Below are positions 63,736 through 64,000 of a stretch of 64,000 bases of DNA, in pieces; position 1 is the first letter of the stretch, and each line of letters begins with the position of its first letter. The DNA comes from an uncultured Pseudomonadota bacterium (lineage in GTDB: Bacteria; Pseudomonadota; Alphaproteobacteria; Acetobacterales; Acetobacteraceae), in assembly GCA_963818885.1 (NCBI GenBank), contig CAWFTP010000001.1, positions 122,486-186,485 of the forward strand, written 5' to 3'. The notes under the pieces are model-generated. The model saw only the letters and a program-made list of their open reading frames with translations. It was not told the DNA's origin and did no database searches. The position numbers and the translations under genes are program-made.

Positions 63736-64000
63736 CTAAGCGGCCTTGCGGCGGACCAGGCCGAGACCGAGCAGGCCGGAGACCAGCAGGGCGAGGCTGG
63801 CGGGCTCGGGGACGGGTGGCGGGGGAGACGACAGCTCCGTGATCACGACCGAGCCATCGCCGAGGGCGTTCGCGACGCCGATCAGCGGGTTCAGGCCGGC
63901 GTCGAAGTTGCTGCCTCCGAAACCGCCTTGAAGGGGGGAGACTGGCCACCGCCGAAGCCGCCGCCGCCGCCGCCGCCAAGGAAGCCGCCGCCACCGCCGC
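63736..64000 (-). CDS. Glycine-rich PEP-CTERM sorting-domain protein (5' end outside the window)
   Basis: Not in the ORF track in this frame. My minus-strand translation reads ...GGGGGFLGGGGGGGFGGGQSPPLQGGFGGSNFDAGLNPLIGVANALGDGSVVITELSSPPPPVPEPASLALLVSGLLGLGLVRRKAA*. That is a VPEP motif, a hydrophobic helix and a basic tail, which together make a PEP-CTERM domain. Confidence 0.8.
   Translation of the reverse strand, partial: RRWRRLPWRRRRRRLRRWPVSPLQGGFGGSNFDAGLNPLIGVANALGDGSVVITELSSPPPPVPEPASLALLVSGLLGLGLVRRKAA

Overview
GC-rich chromosomal segment with a clear alphaproteobacterial gene signature. That signature includes hemC-hemD-Mic60-like-hemY, bolA/J-protein/cobS/cobT, DUF465/DUF1013/DUF1192, and BamE/ubiquinol-cytochrome c chaperone/YceD. 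I found no rRNA, tRNA, CRISPR array or intact mobile element by eye.

Layout:
- 1-8380: a canonical PEP-CTERM/exosortase-type exopolysaccharide export locus, in order deacetylase, ATPase, beta-barrel, tyrosine-kinase-like, chain-length determinant, Wza-like exporter, and a divergent priming sugar transferase.
- 8.4-24 kb: housekeeping genes (cydDC, purEK, cobST-like and others).
- 24-27.8 kb: galE plus a decayed Crp/Fnr and quinol-NO-reductase module.
- 28-38 kb: CoA-transferase, DUF488, nudC, an M20 peptidase, and a Liv-type ABC transporter with a tandemly duplicated binding protein.
- 38-42.3 kb: an orphan biotin carboxylase subunit, an IS scar, and an acyl-CoA synthetase.
- 42.4-47.6 kb: the heme cluster and tsaD.
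- 48-55 kb: pgm/galU, maeB and others.
- 55.4-58.6 kb: two tandem TPR-GT9 glycosyltransferase paralogs.
- 58.5-60.9 kb: ftsK.
- 61.2-64 kb: an AT-richer islet with a LuxR-type regulator, an orphan beta-rich protein and a glycine-rich PEP-CTERM protein.

The most important caveat is that at least 15 genes, including ftsK, tsaD and hemD, are broken by single frame shifts. Most of these are probably assembly indels, and the ORF track is fragmented accordingly. I did not find a convincing new multi-gene system. The best candidate for something undescribed is the 61.2-64 kb islet, and I could not assign it a function.
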